A stretch of DNA of 64,000 nt from Selaginella moellendorffii (lineage: Eukaryota > Plantae > Lycopodiophyta). Positions within the stretch are counted from its first letter, which is position 1, and each line of letters begins with the position of its first letter. The translations under genes were made by a program, and so were the position numbers. This document shows positions 48,590-63,207 of this stretch, piece by piece. Below the pieces are notes generated by a model that ran no database searches, had not been told where the DNA came from, and was given only the letters and a program-made list of their open reading frames with translations. The DNA is taken from positions 832,336-896,335 of the forward strand of contig NW_003314268.1 of assembly GCF_000143415.4 (NCBI RefSeq), given 5' to 3'.

Positions 48590-51500
48590 CAATAACACAA
48601 GATCCAAGAGCTTTTATGGCATCAGTAGGAGATACTACCACAGTAGCACTCTTGGATTTAGGATTAGCAAGTAATATCATTTTCTTGGTATTGGCAAAGT
48701 TTACTAGGTTACAAATCTAGGACAACACAACAGTTATCTTCAAAACCTTTGCAAACCATACTATCAATCCAAGGGATCTCATCGTTAATGGATTTTGTGG
48801 TGGTGGACTTTCAACATGTGAACTCCCACTCCCTCACCAATCTTATCATCTTGAAACACACATAGCACCTCCAATCAGATGTTGAGACATATTGGAAGTA
48901 GGGAATGATGCAAATCAATGATCACATCAAGACTGCCAAGTTGTACAATGCTCATGGCCCCTCCTCACACAAGACAACTCCAGCTCCTACTCCTACCAAG
49001 ACTCCAACACGTTCATCTTTTCCAGCTGAGCTGGCAATTGTCTTCCCCGAGCTCCTTGATGATCCATCCTTGCCAAAAACGGAGGTATATAGCATTAGTG
49101 CCATCCATGAGTTTTCTATGACAACTACAAGCTAGCCAGTACCAAAACACACAGATGATGGCAACTCCCCCTCTCCTACAAGGCCCATCCACACTCAGTG
49201 TTGCTTACCACCTTGGCCCTTCACATCGTATACAAGTGCTAGGTTTGGCCTCTTTACTTGAGGGCCACACCCCTACAGCTCACTGGGATATCCCAACTAC
49301 ACCAGCAGGGCGATTGCATGCGAGCTTGGATGCAAAATTTCCAACGATGGTTTTACATAACACACTTAAATGCACTTTTTCAGGATCTATGGTTTTAACA
49401 GCGGCTCATTCCTGTCAAGAACATGGATCTACTCACTCATGCCCTGATGAGCAATACATCAAAGATTTACCATCATTGGCTCATTATGTTCAAGCTGCTG
49501 GCAAAGACCAAAAGGTGGCAACACCATTACATGGGCTAGAACAAGGTGTTTTTTATACTTCCCCCACGGTTCCTCTTCCAGAACCAGTCATCAGTCCTGC
49601 TCCACTATTCCTTGATGACCAGCCAGCATAGTTCCTAGCATACTTCGACAGAGCTTTCAGGCCAACACATCACATGGCAGGTGTCGACATTGATACATGA
49701 TGAGGCTGAGAACATAGTGACTCATCTTGCCACTACCCTGCCCACTACATCTGCCAATGAAGCTGAGTACTTGGCCATGATTACTACTATGGAGCTCACA
49801 TTACAATATGGTCTCCTTAATGTTTAGTTTTGTGGAAATTCCCAGCTTGTCATCCGACAACTCACTGGTTACTATAGTGTTCGTAAGAATAACATCAAAG
49901 CTCTTTGGCAAAGAGCAATGGACCTCAAAGATCTCTTCCAGACCGGCTTCAATCACATTCCCCGTAAAGACAACTTTTGGGCAAATAAGTTGTCCCACCA
50001 TGCCATCATGGACCTTTGGGCCAACTGCGGTTCTCATTCCTCCACAAACTCCATTCAGGATGACACTCCTCCTCATTCCATTAAAGACTCCCCTCCAGAT
50101 TCACGGGTGCATCAAGTTTTTTTGGGAGACCAAGCAGAACCAGTCTTGATCAATAACTCACTTTCTCCAATACACAGCACACAGATCCTTTCTCTATTTC
50201 AGAGATTCAAGGATATCTTCACTTGGGACTATTCCAAACTTCTAGGAGTCCCTATAGACACAATCACACATTGCATTACCCTTTTCGAATCAGCAAAGCC
50301 TGTCAAGCAGAAGATGCGCCCGCTACAATCCAGCATTACTACCAGACATCAAAGCTGAGATCCAAAAGCATCTTTCAGTTAACTTCATCTTTCCAGTGGA
50401 GCATTCAGAGTGGGTGGTGTGTCCCAGCTTGCAAAGCCAATGGTAAACTCCGGCTTTATATGGAGTTTTGAGATCTCAATAAAGCCACACTACGAGATCA
50501 TTTTCCCACGCCTTTTATGGACTCTGTCTTTGATGAGCTAGCAGGCCATCACTTCTACTCTTTTATGGATGGATTCTCAAGCTATAACCGGCTTTTCATC
50601 CATCCAAATGATAGTGAGCTCACAGCATTCAAGACACCTTGGGGGGTATTCGCATACAATGTGTTGCCATTTGGGTTTTGCAATGCAAGAGCCACATTCC
50701 AGCGGTTTATGACCTATGCATTCCATGATATCTTGGGGGATGTTCTTCAAGTATACATGGATGATCTCTGCTCAGCCTCAGCCACATTTGATGACCACCT
50801 TCACCACTTGGAGCAAGTTTTTCTTCGTTGCCAACATCATCGGTTCACTCTTAACCCGGTGAAGTGTAACTTTCGTGGCACCAAAGGCCACCTCCTTGGT
50901 TTTGATGTCTCTCATGATGGAAACTAGCCGCATGACACAAAGAGAAAAGAGATTCTCAACTCCTCTCCACCAGCAAACATCAAACAAGTACGATGATTTC
51001 TCTACCAAACCAGTTTCTTCTGCCGGTTCATCCACGACTATGCCTCTCTCACACATCCATTGGTGGCTTTTCTCAAGCATGACACACCCTTTTGTTGGGA
51101 TGATTCAGCCCAACAGGCTTTCAACAAATTACATGCAACACTACGACAAGCTCCAATACTACAACCACCAGTTCTTGGCCAATCTTTTGACATATTTGTC
51201 ACTACTAGTGATGAAGCTTTTGGATTTTGCATCTGTCAACGTGCTACACCTGGCCAGCCACTTCATGCCACATACTTTTCTTCCCACTCCTTGACAGAGT
51301 CTGAGAAAAAGTTTATGACTGTTGAAAAGGAAGCTGTCGCATTGGTGTACACTCTTTGGCATTTCCGGCACATGCTCTTGGGGAGCCATATCCTTTTTCA
51401 TGTTTCCTCTCATGTACTAACATTCCTCCTGCAGAAATCTTTTCAAAACACACACATTCTTTCGTGGATCACCACCATCCAAGAGTTCTAGCTGGACTTT

Positions 51501-52780
51501 GTCATCAAATGAAGGCACGTTCTTGATCCTAGTTCATTCCTGGTATCAACAGTGAACACTCAGGCCATTCCACAGACTCTCGAGGAGGTGGCTACGTACT
51601 TGGCCTCAAGCAAGTTTCCAATACACCTCACAAAGGAACAACGAGCAGCTCTTGGTGTCAAAGCACGGAGCTATTGCCTCCTTGATCGCTCCTTGTACCG
51701 GCAAACTTCCTCTGGTGTTCTTTTCAGATGTGTTCTCAAGTGAGAGGTTCCCTAATTATTGCAAGCTTTGCACACTTGTGCGGGACACTTTTCTGTGAAG
51801 ACTATTGCTCAACTTCTCCTTCGATATGGATACTTTTGGACAACGATGCATCAAGATGCCACAGACTATGCCAAGTGTTGCTTATAATGCTAACAGTTCA
51901 ATCCACAGAACTATGTCCCTCATCTTCCTTTTACGTTCATCACTTCTCCAGGACCTTTCTTCAAATGGGGACTTGACTTCATTGGCACCATCTCACCTCC
52001 TAGTTCACAAGGTCATCAATATCTCCTCGTGGCCACTGATTACTTCACAAAGTGGGTGGAAGCAGTTCCTCTTTGACATGCAGATCAACTTTCCATGGAA
52101 AAGTTCCTCTATGAATCAATCATTTGCAAATTCGGCATCCTAGCAGTCTTCACCTCCAATCATCGAGGAGCATTCTTGAGCCAAGTAGTTGAGCACCTCA
52201 TGGAATTCAACACACTCTGAGTAGCAGCCATTTCCCTCAAGCGAACGGCTAGGTAGAGTCCTCCAACAAGATCTTAAATTCCATCCTTGGCAAGCTGATT
52301 GCCGGTCATCCTCGCAAATGGCATGACCACTTGGTAGTTGCACTCTAGGCTTTTAGGACATCCTTCAAGTCTTCCATCTCGGCCACTCCTTTCTCTTTGG
52401 TTTACAGCATAGAGGCCATCCTTCCGGTGGAGCTTACAGTTCCATCATTGTCACTTTCACTTCGACACAATGCAAACACATGACTTACAGCAGATGAGAA
52501 GTTACAAGCTCAAGCTTGGGACATCATTGTCTTGGATGAACAATGATAGGCAGCTGCTGATCACCTCCAGGCTGCAAAATGCAAACTCAAAGCCCAAAAG
52601 GACCATGCCAAGCTAGATGTTGAGTTCGCACTGGGACAACTAGTTCTTCTTTGGGACTTTAATCCACCATTCAAGTTCTCTCCGTGGTGGCAGGGACCAT
52701 TCTTCATTCAGCAGTGTTTTGGTCACTGTTCTTACACCTTGGTTGATGAGGATGGTCATGAGCTTCCCCATAAGTAAAGC
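48590..52780 (+). pseudogene. Tat pol: protease, archaeal-type RNase H, RT, RNase H, integrase
   Basis: ALLDLGLASNII; YFDRAFR..ANEAEYLAM..GNSQLVIRQL..HIPRKDNFWANKL; DLNKATLRDHFP..FMDGFSSYN..YMDD; EKEAVALV; GHF..GYFW; KWGLDFIG..ATDYFTKWVEA. Multiple stops and frameshifts. Confidence 0.88.
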
Positions 52781-52816
52781 CACATAGAGGAGGAGGATTG
52801 AGGTGCCACAACTCAA

Positions 52817-53938
52817 TAATATGGCTTAGGAACTCAACTTAAGAACATGGTACAAGAATTTGGCTTAGGAATACAAGGAACTTGAGGAGGCCATTTTAAT
52901 CTAGTTGTTTAGCTTTATGATAGTATCATTAAAACTCTTATCTTAGATGGGAGGGGAAACGCTTGGTGCTGGATTCTACTATGAGTTTCATTTGCTATCA
53001 TTATAAGTTTCAACTCCATAAAACATATATCTTTTATCACAACTTTGAATCTTTTATTGGTTGTTCAACTCGTACATAGTGTATGCAACTCTTGATAGAG
53101 GTGCATTCTTGAGTAACCGTAATTTCCAAAATTATTGCTAATGCCCTATTCATGAATCATACTTAGTCTAAACAAATGAAAACCCATAGATATTGTCTTG
53201 GTCTCCATCAAGAACACAATCTCGCCCTTTGATAATTATTATTCTGAATTTATTATCTAATTTGATAACTAATCTTTATAAAAGAAGTATTACACTACCT
53301 ATTGTCATATTGTGAATGTATGAAATATAGAACATGAATACATAAATGTACATATTCAATTAGCCTAAAAACCCTAATTTATATTAAAAAGTGAGTAGAT
53401 TGAAACCAATTTAATAGCTATCATAATCCTATTATGTTAATATTATTGTAGACATACACTTGGACCTCACATCATCCCCTCATGTTGGAAAGATGGAAGG
53501 CAATAAGAGTCTTCTAGTTGATGGGCTGGGATCTAGAGGAGTATCATAAAGTCAAGAACCTCATTAAAAAAAGATAAATTTAATTTTGCACCTTGTGGAT
53601 ATTGAATATTAAGTAAAACATCTATAGATGGTATGAGATTTTTGTCTAAAAAATTCAGAATAATATGATATTAAAAACATGAAAAAAGAGAAAAAAAGGG
53701 AGAAGAGCTCAAAAAAGAGCATCAATATTAGCCAAAGAACTCTCCAAGTGATGAATAGCCTCAAAATTATATATTTAAAATTTTAGATCCACTCAATAGT
53801 ATAACCAATTAAATTCTTCCACTTCAATAATGAAGTGATTGCAATATAATCACCCTTTAACAATGTTTAAAAACTATGCAAGTATGTATGAAATTTATTA
53901 TAACGCACTTGAATTTGGAACCAAACTCTAAGCCTTTT
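52817..53938 (+). repeat. ~1.15-kb direct repeat, copy 2
   Basis: Collinear with 36293-37449. Confidence 0.9.
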
Positions 53939-56900
53939 GTGCAACAAAACAAAAATCTAATACATACTCAATATCCTTTATAAACACTAACTCCCCATAT
54001 CCAACTCTTACATACCAAATAGTGTCAGATGGTGTTTGGCATAATTTCGGCATACCGATGGCCTAACACAAAGAGGTGGGTACCTCACTAACTAGAGTAA
54101 CATAGAATTTAGACTTAGGCCCAAGCCAAACATAAAATAAAAAGTGACACATTCTAGCAGAAGCCAAACTAATGTTTTAGATGGTCAACCATGCTTCCAA
54201 ACACTATCCTTATTATACATGTAGAACCCCCTAACCTCCTTCATCCCCCACCTTAGAAAAATGCATGCTTTTAGGCCAAGAGTTAGTCTCTGGAACAAGC
54301 TTGAAAACTCGTTAAATATGGAATAATACTAGATTGTAGATTAGAATGTGAGAACAACACCATAGGATATAACACTTTCTACATTTTTCAGTTATGCCAC
54401 TTAGACAAATCTAGACACTTACCATAAATAACACAAAGGACTGGAACAAAATTAATATATAGGGTATGATAATGAGGGTGTTTAGTGGACACAATAAATT
54501 ATCATGTAGGATTATTGAAGGACTAGACTCAACACATGATGATTCTTATCACTAGCTAGTGAAACACACAAGATGGGAACTCTTTACCAAGCTAAATAAT
54601 AGCATATAAAAATTTGGTCCTTATGCTTATTTAGTCTAAACACACTCAAGATGTACAATCAACATACCTCCGAAATTAATATTAAAAGCACTTATATGCA
54701 AGATGAAAAGTCAAGTGTAGTCAAGATATTCCAAAACTAGAGGAACCATCAAAACATCTTTGAGATCCACAAATGTCTATTTATAATCCCTAAACCAAAT
54801 GAAAGATGCAAATGAACTAAGTTATGCAAAAAATGCATCAAAAGCAATTACTTAGATATATAAAACAATCCACCACCTTGCAATCATGATTCAATAGTAA
54901 TCTACTTAGATTATATTTAGAAAACTTTTAGAAATTGTGTATTATGATTAACTCTCTTTCTGAGAAGGGTGAACCCTAAATCTATACCCTTAAAATTTCC
55001 AACTTCTTAAATACTGTATAAACTTTAACATCTTTCTTTGATTTTTCTATTTATAATTGTGAAATTTAATTCTTGGAATCTAGTAAATTTGAAATTCTAC
55101 TTGGACTTTTAATACAAAAAAAATGAGCTTACGGTAAAAGTATTAGGAAATGCTCTTGGTTGGAACTTTAGCCACATCTAAAAAAATTGTTGTTGAGAAT
55201 AAATAAATCAATATCCTTGCAAGGACCTTATATTGCTAAAGTCACTTCTAACCTAGTGTTCTGGAGATTCTAACAATTTTGTCAAGCTCTTCTAGTCAAA
55301 GCTGGCCAAACTCACTAGTTTATTAGTATTTAGAAGTGCCCTTATAATAAAGTTGGTTGGACTCACCAGTCCCTTAGAGGGGTTTTTTTTTGAAATCCAA
55401 GAGCACTCAATTCCTCATAGTTGTCAAGAGTCTATAATAGAAATATATGATTTTTAACTTTATGGCTTTTTTCCAGCCAATTCACCAAATTCACCTAGTT
55501 GTTAGGATAAAAAATTGCACAGTAAATAGAATATTAAACACATATCATCCACAAGATAACAGACAACAATTTCCTAACGTCTTCGCTTCTAATTCTAGGG
55601 TTTATAGGCAAAACTTTAAAACTATAGTTGAAAAATGGAAAACAAGGAAGTAATTACAAACACAAAAGCTTTGATTTTCTTGCTTTCCCACACATTTCTA
55701 TCACCAGTGTTAATGTGACTTTTCTTTGATCCTAGATTACCCTTTGATAGTTTTCCACTGTAAAGGATTGGAGGAAAATACTAACATTGATGGAAGAGGG
55801 AGAGAAAATACAAAAGAAGGGCCTTGGGGGAAATTAAGCGAGTGCTGTGATGGAAAATAATATTAGCACTGTTTATAATGTCGGTGTTAAGGAGGATAAA
55901 CCTCTATATAACCATGATAATTAACATCATAGTAGGAAAGTTTTAATCCTTAGGCAGTAGTGCTTCTCTATGCTTGCTTTTGTTGATGTTGTGGAGTTTT
56001 TGCTTCACATAAATATCCTATTTAAATACCATGATTTATTAAAGAATACAATAACCATATCTTTAATCTACTTTTAAATCAATTTTTCTGCATGGAATAT
56101 AAAAAAGGAATACAAAAGTATACATATTTGATTAGTGCCAAAACCCTAGCTTATATACAAAAGCAAGTGGTCCGGATTGACAACAATCTGATAACTATGA
56201 AAATCCCACTTTGTTAATATTAGTATATGGCATTGTAGCCATATGCTTCGAACTCACACTAATAAAACTTTTACAAAGGAAAAAAAAATTAAAAAAGGAA
56301 TATTTAATGCTTTTATAAGTTAGATTAATAGATGGATGACTAAGATCTTATGATTTCTATTACATTATTATCCATTTATAATCAATAGACTACATAACTC
56401 ATAAAAATCATTAAAATCACATTATTTAATTTTTTTAAAATTATTTTTTGATATTTTTCCATTCTAGTAAAATATATCTAAAAAGTGCTTTCTATTTTAC
56501 ATCTTAAAATCTGGATTTTGTAAGCTCCTAAATATGTACTTCCTAGTAGGTCATACATCCCAGTAGTACTTAAAATAACTCCATGGTATCTTAACACCAT
56601 TAATTGATTGAAAAAATAGTGTACTTTTATTTATAGATCTTTCCCTTTTATTTTAAAACTCTAAAAAATTATTCTCAACTTGTTCCCTTTGGTTTCTTAC
56701 AGATTACTTGCTAGTATAAAAATAATGTAAAATTTAAATTATAGATATATTTAATAAAAATATTATTGTAAACTTTAAATTTTTAAAAATTTAAAACATT
56801 TTAAAAATTTTAATTTTAATTTTATAATAATTAATAATTTTTAAATATGACAATAATAAGAAATATACAAATTTGTAAGCTTGTATTTTTAAAAGATTAA

Positions 56901-59900
56901 TTTAATGCTTATATAAATTTCACAATTTCAAAGTAAAAGAGTTAAATATTCGATATATTCTAATTAATTTTTCTTTAATTTAATTATGGAAAATTTTATT
57001 ACATATATTGTAAAACATACTGTGAAAGTTTTAAAATTAATTGGTATGTTGAGAATTTTAAAATATCATCACTTCAATGTTGTTTAGATAAAATATATAT
57101 TACCATCAGCTAATGCAATTGTAAAAAATTAGTAGTTGTAAACCAGTCTGGTATTATGTTTTAAGAATACCTTTATATTGTGTCTGTAACTAAATATATA
57201 TTTATTTATAATAAACATATAATAGTGAAAGTAATAAATCTTTATTACAAATAACAATTGCTTTAAATATTAGAATTCTTGTAGTAAGACATTGTGAACT
57301 AATTTCATAGATTTTAAGAACCCATAAAAAATAAACTTGCAACATAAAAAATAAATAAAGAAAAATGTCAAAGGCTTAATGTAAAGAGGAATATGGAAAA
57401 TTCTCAATTTAATCAGTAGGAAATTTTATTTATAATAGCCAAACGAAGACAAGTGTTTCTGCTATAAATTTTCTATATGATAGTATCTAAAAGAGTGCTT
57501 GTGTGTGGAGGCTGGTAAAAAGTTGCAATGCTGATCTATCTATCAAACAAAGTGCAAGAAATTGCAGACGTGAAGGCAAGTCTCTCGCCAATTGTTACAA
57601 ACTCAATGGCCTTCAGACTCTCGTTCACGATTTGAAGCTTTCTTTGATGCTCAGGTACAGCAATCTTACAAGTTTTATTGTTCACGACATGCAGAAATTT
57701 AGTTTTTTCCCATACAATGGTAACAACTTTGACAGTCTGGAAGGAGGTAAAACCTGACAGGGCAAGCCTCTTCAGACCTTCTAGACCAAGTCAAATGGCT
57801 TTATACCATATAGAATAACTGGAGGTGCGTACATATTAGCTCCTGAGTTCTTGCTCTAAGGTGGTGTCGTGTTCTCGGGTTAGAAAGTCAAACACCTTCG
57901 CTATCCAAACTACGTAAGAATCTTATTTTCCTGAGATGGATTTGTTATTCTATTTTCTAATCAAGTTATGAGGACAAAATATCAGGAATACTTGCAAACG
58001 TACAAGGACAAGTCTAGAGATTGCAAATACTCGGCCTACATGGTAAAGTTCACGAGTTTTTCAAGGGATGCCTTGGCAAGCGGCCGTGCTGCCAAGCCCT
58101 AGCGTGCTCTAGGTATCATCTTGTTGCTAGGACCAAATTCGGATCTCGGACCTTTCTAAATTTGAACATTAAATCATCATTTTTACAGCTAAATCAAAGA
58201 AAATTATATGAAAAAAAACTATCAACTATTCTGCTGCTCTGCTCGATCAAACTTGTCACTGCTCTTTAGCTGCTTCCCCTTTGCTTTTTGAAGCTGGTGC
58301 TGGGCGAACTTAAAACTTCGATTTTTCAACCTGCTGGCCCTGCTTGGTTTAAGAAATTTTTTCGTCTTTAAGCTGCTCAATCTTTGCTGCTCGATCTTAG
58401 CTGTTTCAGCCTGCTCCCTTTCTCTCCAAGTTTTAAAATCATCTTACGCTTTTCCATTCCCACTTGCTCGATTCTTATGATCTCTGACGCTGGGTTTTAT
58501 CTTTCGCTGCTTCAAGTCCTGCTCCACCCTCATTTACATATTCTTCTGGCGGCCTCCTATGATCTGGACCAAGTTGGCAGTCAGACTATTTTCCAAATAG
58601 AAAAGAAACACAATCTCTCAAGGTTGTACTCACAAGTTGGCCAGAATAAGCAGCTCCTTAGCGTAGTCTCTGAGATGTTTTATTTATTTAGTCTCAAAGA
58701 GACTGCCTCCTACGATCTGGACAAAGTTGGAGCTCAGAAGATATTCCACCAGAGGAGAAAATTAAAAAACAAAAAAAATACCATAGGATTTGTTGCTGAT
58801 ACTAAAGGAGCTACAATTTGTGTGTCGCTGCAGCTTGCTTCTTCTGTTTAACAACACGGATGAAATGAATGGAAGAGGAAAAAAAGAATGACTATACGTA
58901 CCCTCAGTCCACATTTCTCGATTGTAAAGGTGGCCATTGAACCTCTGAATCGCTTTGCACCAGCTTCCACGTTCCATGAAACTCGTCCGATCTTCTGTCT
59001 TTATGACTGTTGCTTCGTCTTAGAGTTCACTCCAGCTCTTGTAGTCTCCGCATGTCAGGGGCGAACATCAGCCGTTTTTCAGTCTTTGTGAAGCCGAACC
59101 TCTGGCTCCACCGCCACAAGCAGTTTCTTCGAGTTTGAGATCATCTTGCCAACATCATCTTCTATCATCCAAGCACCTGTAAGAGCGATCCTGGACAGCA
59201 TTGAAGCTCTTGTCCCGTTTCCGTCAACTAGAGAGCTTTGTCTTGATCCGTCTTGGCATCTCATCTTCTCCTTCATCTCGCCGCCGACGTGATGGACTCT
59301 GCTCCACTCGGCTGGCTGACTGCTCCGATCTCGGGCACTGTCTCGGCGAGCTCCGCTTGAGAAGCCCAGATCTTGACAAAATTATCTGCTATCTCCCGAT
59401 TGATCAAGACTTTGGAGTCAAGGGAGGATATCTCCTCGACGAGGTTGATCTTCTCTTGACTTAGAAGTGTGGAGACTGGTCTCTGGCGCTTTGGAGGCTT
59501 GCTACTGCTTCCCTGTGCTGCTCGAGCTGTCAGTACTTGGCTTGCATCTCTGTTCTGGATTTGACTCTCGAGAGCTGGTTACTTCTTGAACTTCCATTCT
59601 CGTTTCTTCAACGTGCTTAGAACCTCTGCCAGTTAGGGAATGCTTCCGCCACTTCAGGCCTTGATCGTGCTGAGAAGCTTGAGCGGAAGCATGCAAAAAC
59701 ACAGCTTCCTGCGAAGCCAGATGCTCCTTCTTGTCGCATGTAGCGTCCATCTGATCCGTCAAACCTCTGGAGCTCGGCGCTCCATGCGCTCTCACATCGG
59801 TTCTCCTCGGCTTGTCTTCATCCTTCAGAGCTCCTCACCCAAAGCTTTGCTTTGCATCTGGCACGTCTCTCTCTCCTCCAGCGCCTCGAGTCCCATGATC

Positions 59901-60612
59901 CTCTCCATCAGCTGCCAGTTACTTGCTTCTCCAGCCTCGCCTTTGCACTTCCAAACTCCGCCATCACGTGCTCTCGCCGAGAGCTCCACCTCGTGCAGCG
60001 GATTCGACTCCGTCAGCCATTATCCCCTGGGGCTTCTCCTTCAAGAACTCCTGTCCGAACACTTCCCTCATTCCACCAGATGACAGAGAACGTCTAGCGT
60101 AGTCTGTCTTATAGTCTCCGCAGCCATCCGAAACCCCAGTCACGAGCAGCTTCAGCTATATCGTCTTCTCGCCATCTTGCAGCCATCTGGCACTGGTTTA
60201 CGTCGTTCCTCACTACTATCATGGACAGCCTTACCGTAGCAGGCGCTCCTGAATCATCTCCGTCCACTGGAAAGCTGATAAGATAGATCCCTCCTTGCTC
60301 CAGCCACTGTAGAGTGTAGTCCAACTTGATCCATTGATCTTCTCTTGACTTAGAAGAGTGTGGAGGCTGGTCGCTGGCCTGTTTAGACGCCTGAAGTGTG
60401 ATGGACTTCTCCGCCTGGAGCCCTGAGACACGGTTGTCACGCACTGCTTTCACGTCTTGGACAGTTGCAAATCTTTGGAGTCGAGTCCTCGAGAAGGTCG
60501 ATCTTCTCTCGACTTAACTGGTCTATAGCTTTAGTGGCCTCCTCCTGTGCTGCTCAACTTGCTTGGAGATCCAACTTCTGGATTTGACTCTTGAGAGTTG
60601 GCTTCTCCGATG

Positions 60613-62323
60613 CTAGAGTCCGAGCACTGGCCTCCAGTTGACCAATCCTTGCAGCCAACTTCTCGAGCTCGGAGCCAACTTCATTTCTCGTTTCTTCGAC
60701 GTGCTTAGAACAGTTTGCTCGTGTTCTCTTCTCAGGTAAACCCAGGGTCTAGTCGTCTTAGAGTTCGCTCCAGCCCGGCCGATCATCTTCTCGCCATCAT
60801 GGTTCCGACAAAACAAACACTCATCGTTCACTTCAGCTCTCTACAACAAACACGGAAGTTATGGCCATCTGGAATCTGGAAGGTATATCAAACTTACCTG
60901 TCTCCTCTTGAATTCTGCAACAAAATCTCTCCCCGCACGATCATATAGTTCTTTTGCCTCCTTCACGAAGACCACCTCGCCGGACTGAAGCTTCTTCCAC
61001 GGTTTCCTCTCACTCGGGATCCTATCCAGCATTTTCTGGAGCCTCATCATCTTCCGCGCTCGCTTGATCCTCTCTCGGTCGCTGGATTTGCCGTTGAGCT
61101 CCTCGTAAAGCTGCTCGGTGAGTCTGATCAGAATCCGGAGCGCGCTAACACTCCAAGACTTTTCCTCGTGCTTCTCCTCTTCTGTTTCCTCGCGCTTTTC
61201 CTCTTCCAAGCTGCGGATCTTCTTCTCGGTTTTTCCCCTCTGGTTTAGCCACCGGTTTGCCTTGTGGAAAGCTTCGAGATACGCGAACTCAACATAGCCC
61301 CCTCGGCCATCGCTAAGATGGGTTTCACTCCGCCGTCGGGTGCCGTCGGGAAGAATGTCCTCCGCTGAGGAAGAGAAGCGAACCATCTTCGGCCTGGAAC
61401 CTGCAAGTCCAGAAGGCCATCGTGAGTCACAGTAGAAGAAGAATGCGAGAAGCAAAAGGAACCATACCTGGACGACGACCCCCGGCTGGCAGTAGAATTG
61501 GCTTGGGTCGCTGCTCCTCCTGCTTGGGCTTGTCATTCTCCTGCTGCTTCATCTTCTCTTGATCGTCTTCCCGTTCCAGAGGCTTCTTGATCGGCTTGAT
61601 CATCTGCTCCTCCTCTTGTTCCAGCTGCTGCTTCATCGGCTTCATCCGCTGCTCCTCCTCCTGTTCCTGCTCTTGCTTGATCGGCTTGATCGGCTTGATC
61701 GGCTTGATCGGCTTGATCGGCTGATTCGGCTGATTCTTCTCCTCTCGTTCCAGCTGCGGCTGCTCCTTGTGACCTTGCTCCTGTTTCACCTCGCGCCTGA
61801 GTTCCTTCGTCTCATGGGCTTCTTTCTCCTGCTCCTCCTCGCTCAGCTGCTCAGCTTTCTTCTCTTGCTCCTCCTCCTTCAGCTGCTTCTCGGCTTCCTT
61901 TTCCTCCTCTTGTTCCAGCTTCATCGGCTTCATCTGATCGGCTTCTTTCTCCTCCTCGTTCACCTGCTCGGCTGTCTTCTCTTCCTTCAGCTGCTCCGCT
62001 TTCTTCTCTTGATTCTCCTCTTCGTCCTCTTTCTCTTGTTCCGGCTTGATCGGCTTGATCGGCTCCTTGTGCCCTCGCTCCTGTCGTATCGCTTCTAAGA
62101 CGATTTTCACCTCGTGCCTGAGTTCCTTCAACTTCAAGGCGGCGGCGTCCATGGCTTCTCCCGAGACGGCCTCACAGACACGATCTTGGACCTTCAGCTT
62201 CGAGGCCGCCGCGTCCATGGCTTCCGGGTGGACCTTGTTGTCGCCCTTGTGCGCCTTTTTTGGTCGAAAGAGAGACCACAAACCTGTGACGCATCCACTG
62301 CGCTCCTGCTCTGTTCGCGCCAT
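60613..62323 (-). CDS. Uncharacterised KPI-repeat protein, 3 exons, 528 aa (copy 3)
   Basis: Exons 62323-61468, 61400-60898 and 60840-60613; GT-AG introns of 67 and 57 bp; frame intact. Confidence 0.75.
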
Positions 62324-63054
62324 AGCTTGCCCTTTGCAAAATGCCTTTAATGCCCTAACCCTTACTAAATCTATTTCACATTAATGTATAAATTAGTAAT
62401 TGCCTAGCATTTGCAAACACTTTATAGTTTTTAAAAATTAAGTTGGAATAGTATCAAAATAGCAATTGGTGTGTTTGAGGAAGTAACTACAAACATGTAG
62501 GAAACTATCAGATCCCAGAAGCTATCTATATAACTACAAAATCCCATTACAAACACATAGAATAAACATTATAAAATCAATTACCTCCTACAATGCTACA
62601 AGACACTTTGGCTGGAAGTGTGCTTATGAATGTCTGGATCTAGCCACATAAAAGTTTGAAAGACAAAGGAAATCGTGAGAGTGTGCTGGTGGCAATAAAG
62701 AGATTGGGGAGCTATGAATCACAGCACTCTAGAAGCAATCCAGCAAGAAAATTGAAGATATGCAAACCTGGCATTTGCAATCGGTTTTGCACAGTGAAAT
62801 CATAACCCTGAATTACTACTCTCAAGTGAGTCTACAACTTGATGGCAGAAGTAGAGAGTTTGGTCAACATGAACGATTTCTTCTCTCGGCCCTGGAGCTT
62901 GGACTTGGACCTTGTTTTCGCCCCTTTTTTCAAACCTGTGACGCATCCACAGTGCTCCTGCTCTATTCGCGCCTAATGCCTTTAATGCCCTAACCCTTAC
63001 TAAATCTATTTCACATTAATGCGTTCGTTTAGTCTAATCCACATTTTTCGGCAG

Positions 63055-63207
63055 TCTATCCCGGAAGATGTTTACACACTCTCATCTCTCAAGTATCTAG
63101 ACGTGAGTAGAAACCAGCTCCAGGGACTTGTTCCGGAATGCTTCCAGCTTGAGAGTGCTGATCAAACCAGCTACAGTATACCATCTGACCTCAGTAAACT
63201 TCCATAA
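63055..63207 (+). pseudogene. Plant-type LRR fragment
   Basis: SIPEDVYTLSSLKYLDVSRNQLQGLVPE...SIPSDLSKL fits LxxLxxLDLSxNxLxGxIP. Confidence 0.65.

Larger units (their letters stand above)
37460..52820 (+). mobile_element. Decayed Tat-lineage Ty3/gypsy element, interrupted by the family C element
   Basis: Leader at 37460-38730 resumes at 46707; gag remnants at ~47.2-48.1 kb; pol at 48.6-52.8 kb. Boundaries are approximate and no intact 3' LTR was found. Confidence 0.7.

Noticed and set aside
56280-57050. AT-rich palindromic tract as a MITE or origin
   Set aside because: Low complexity; no defined TIR or TSD found.
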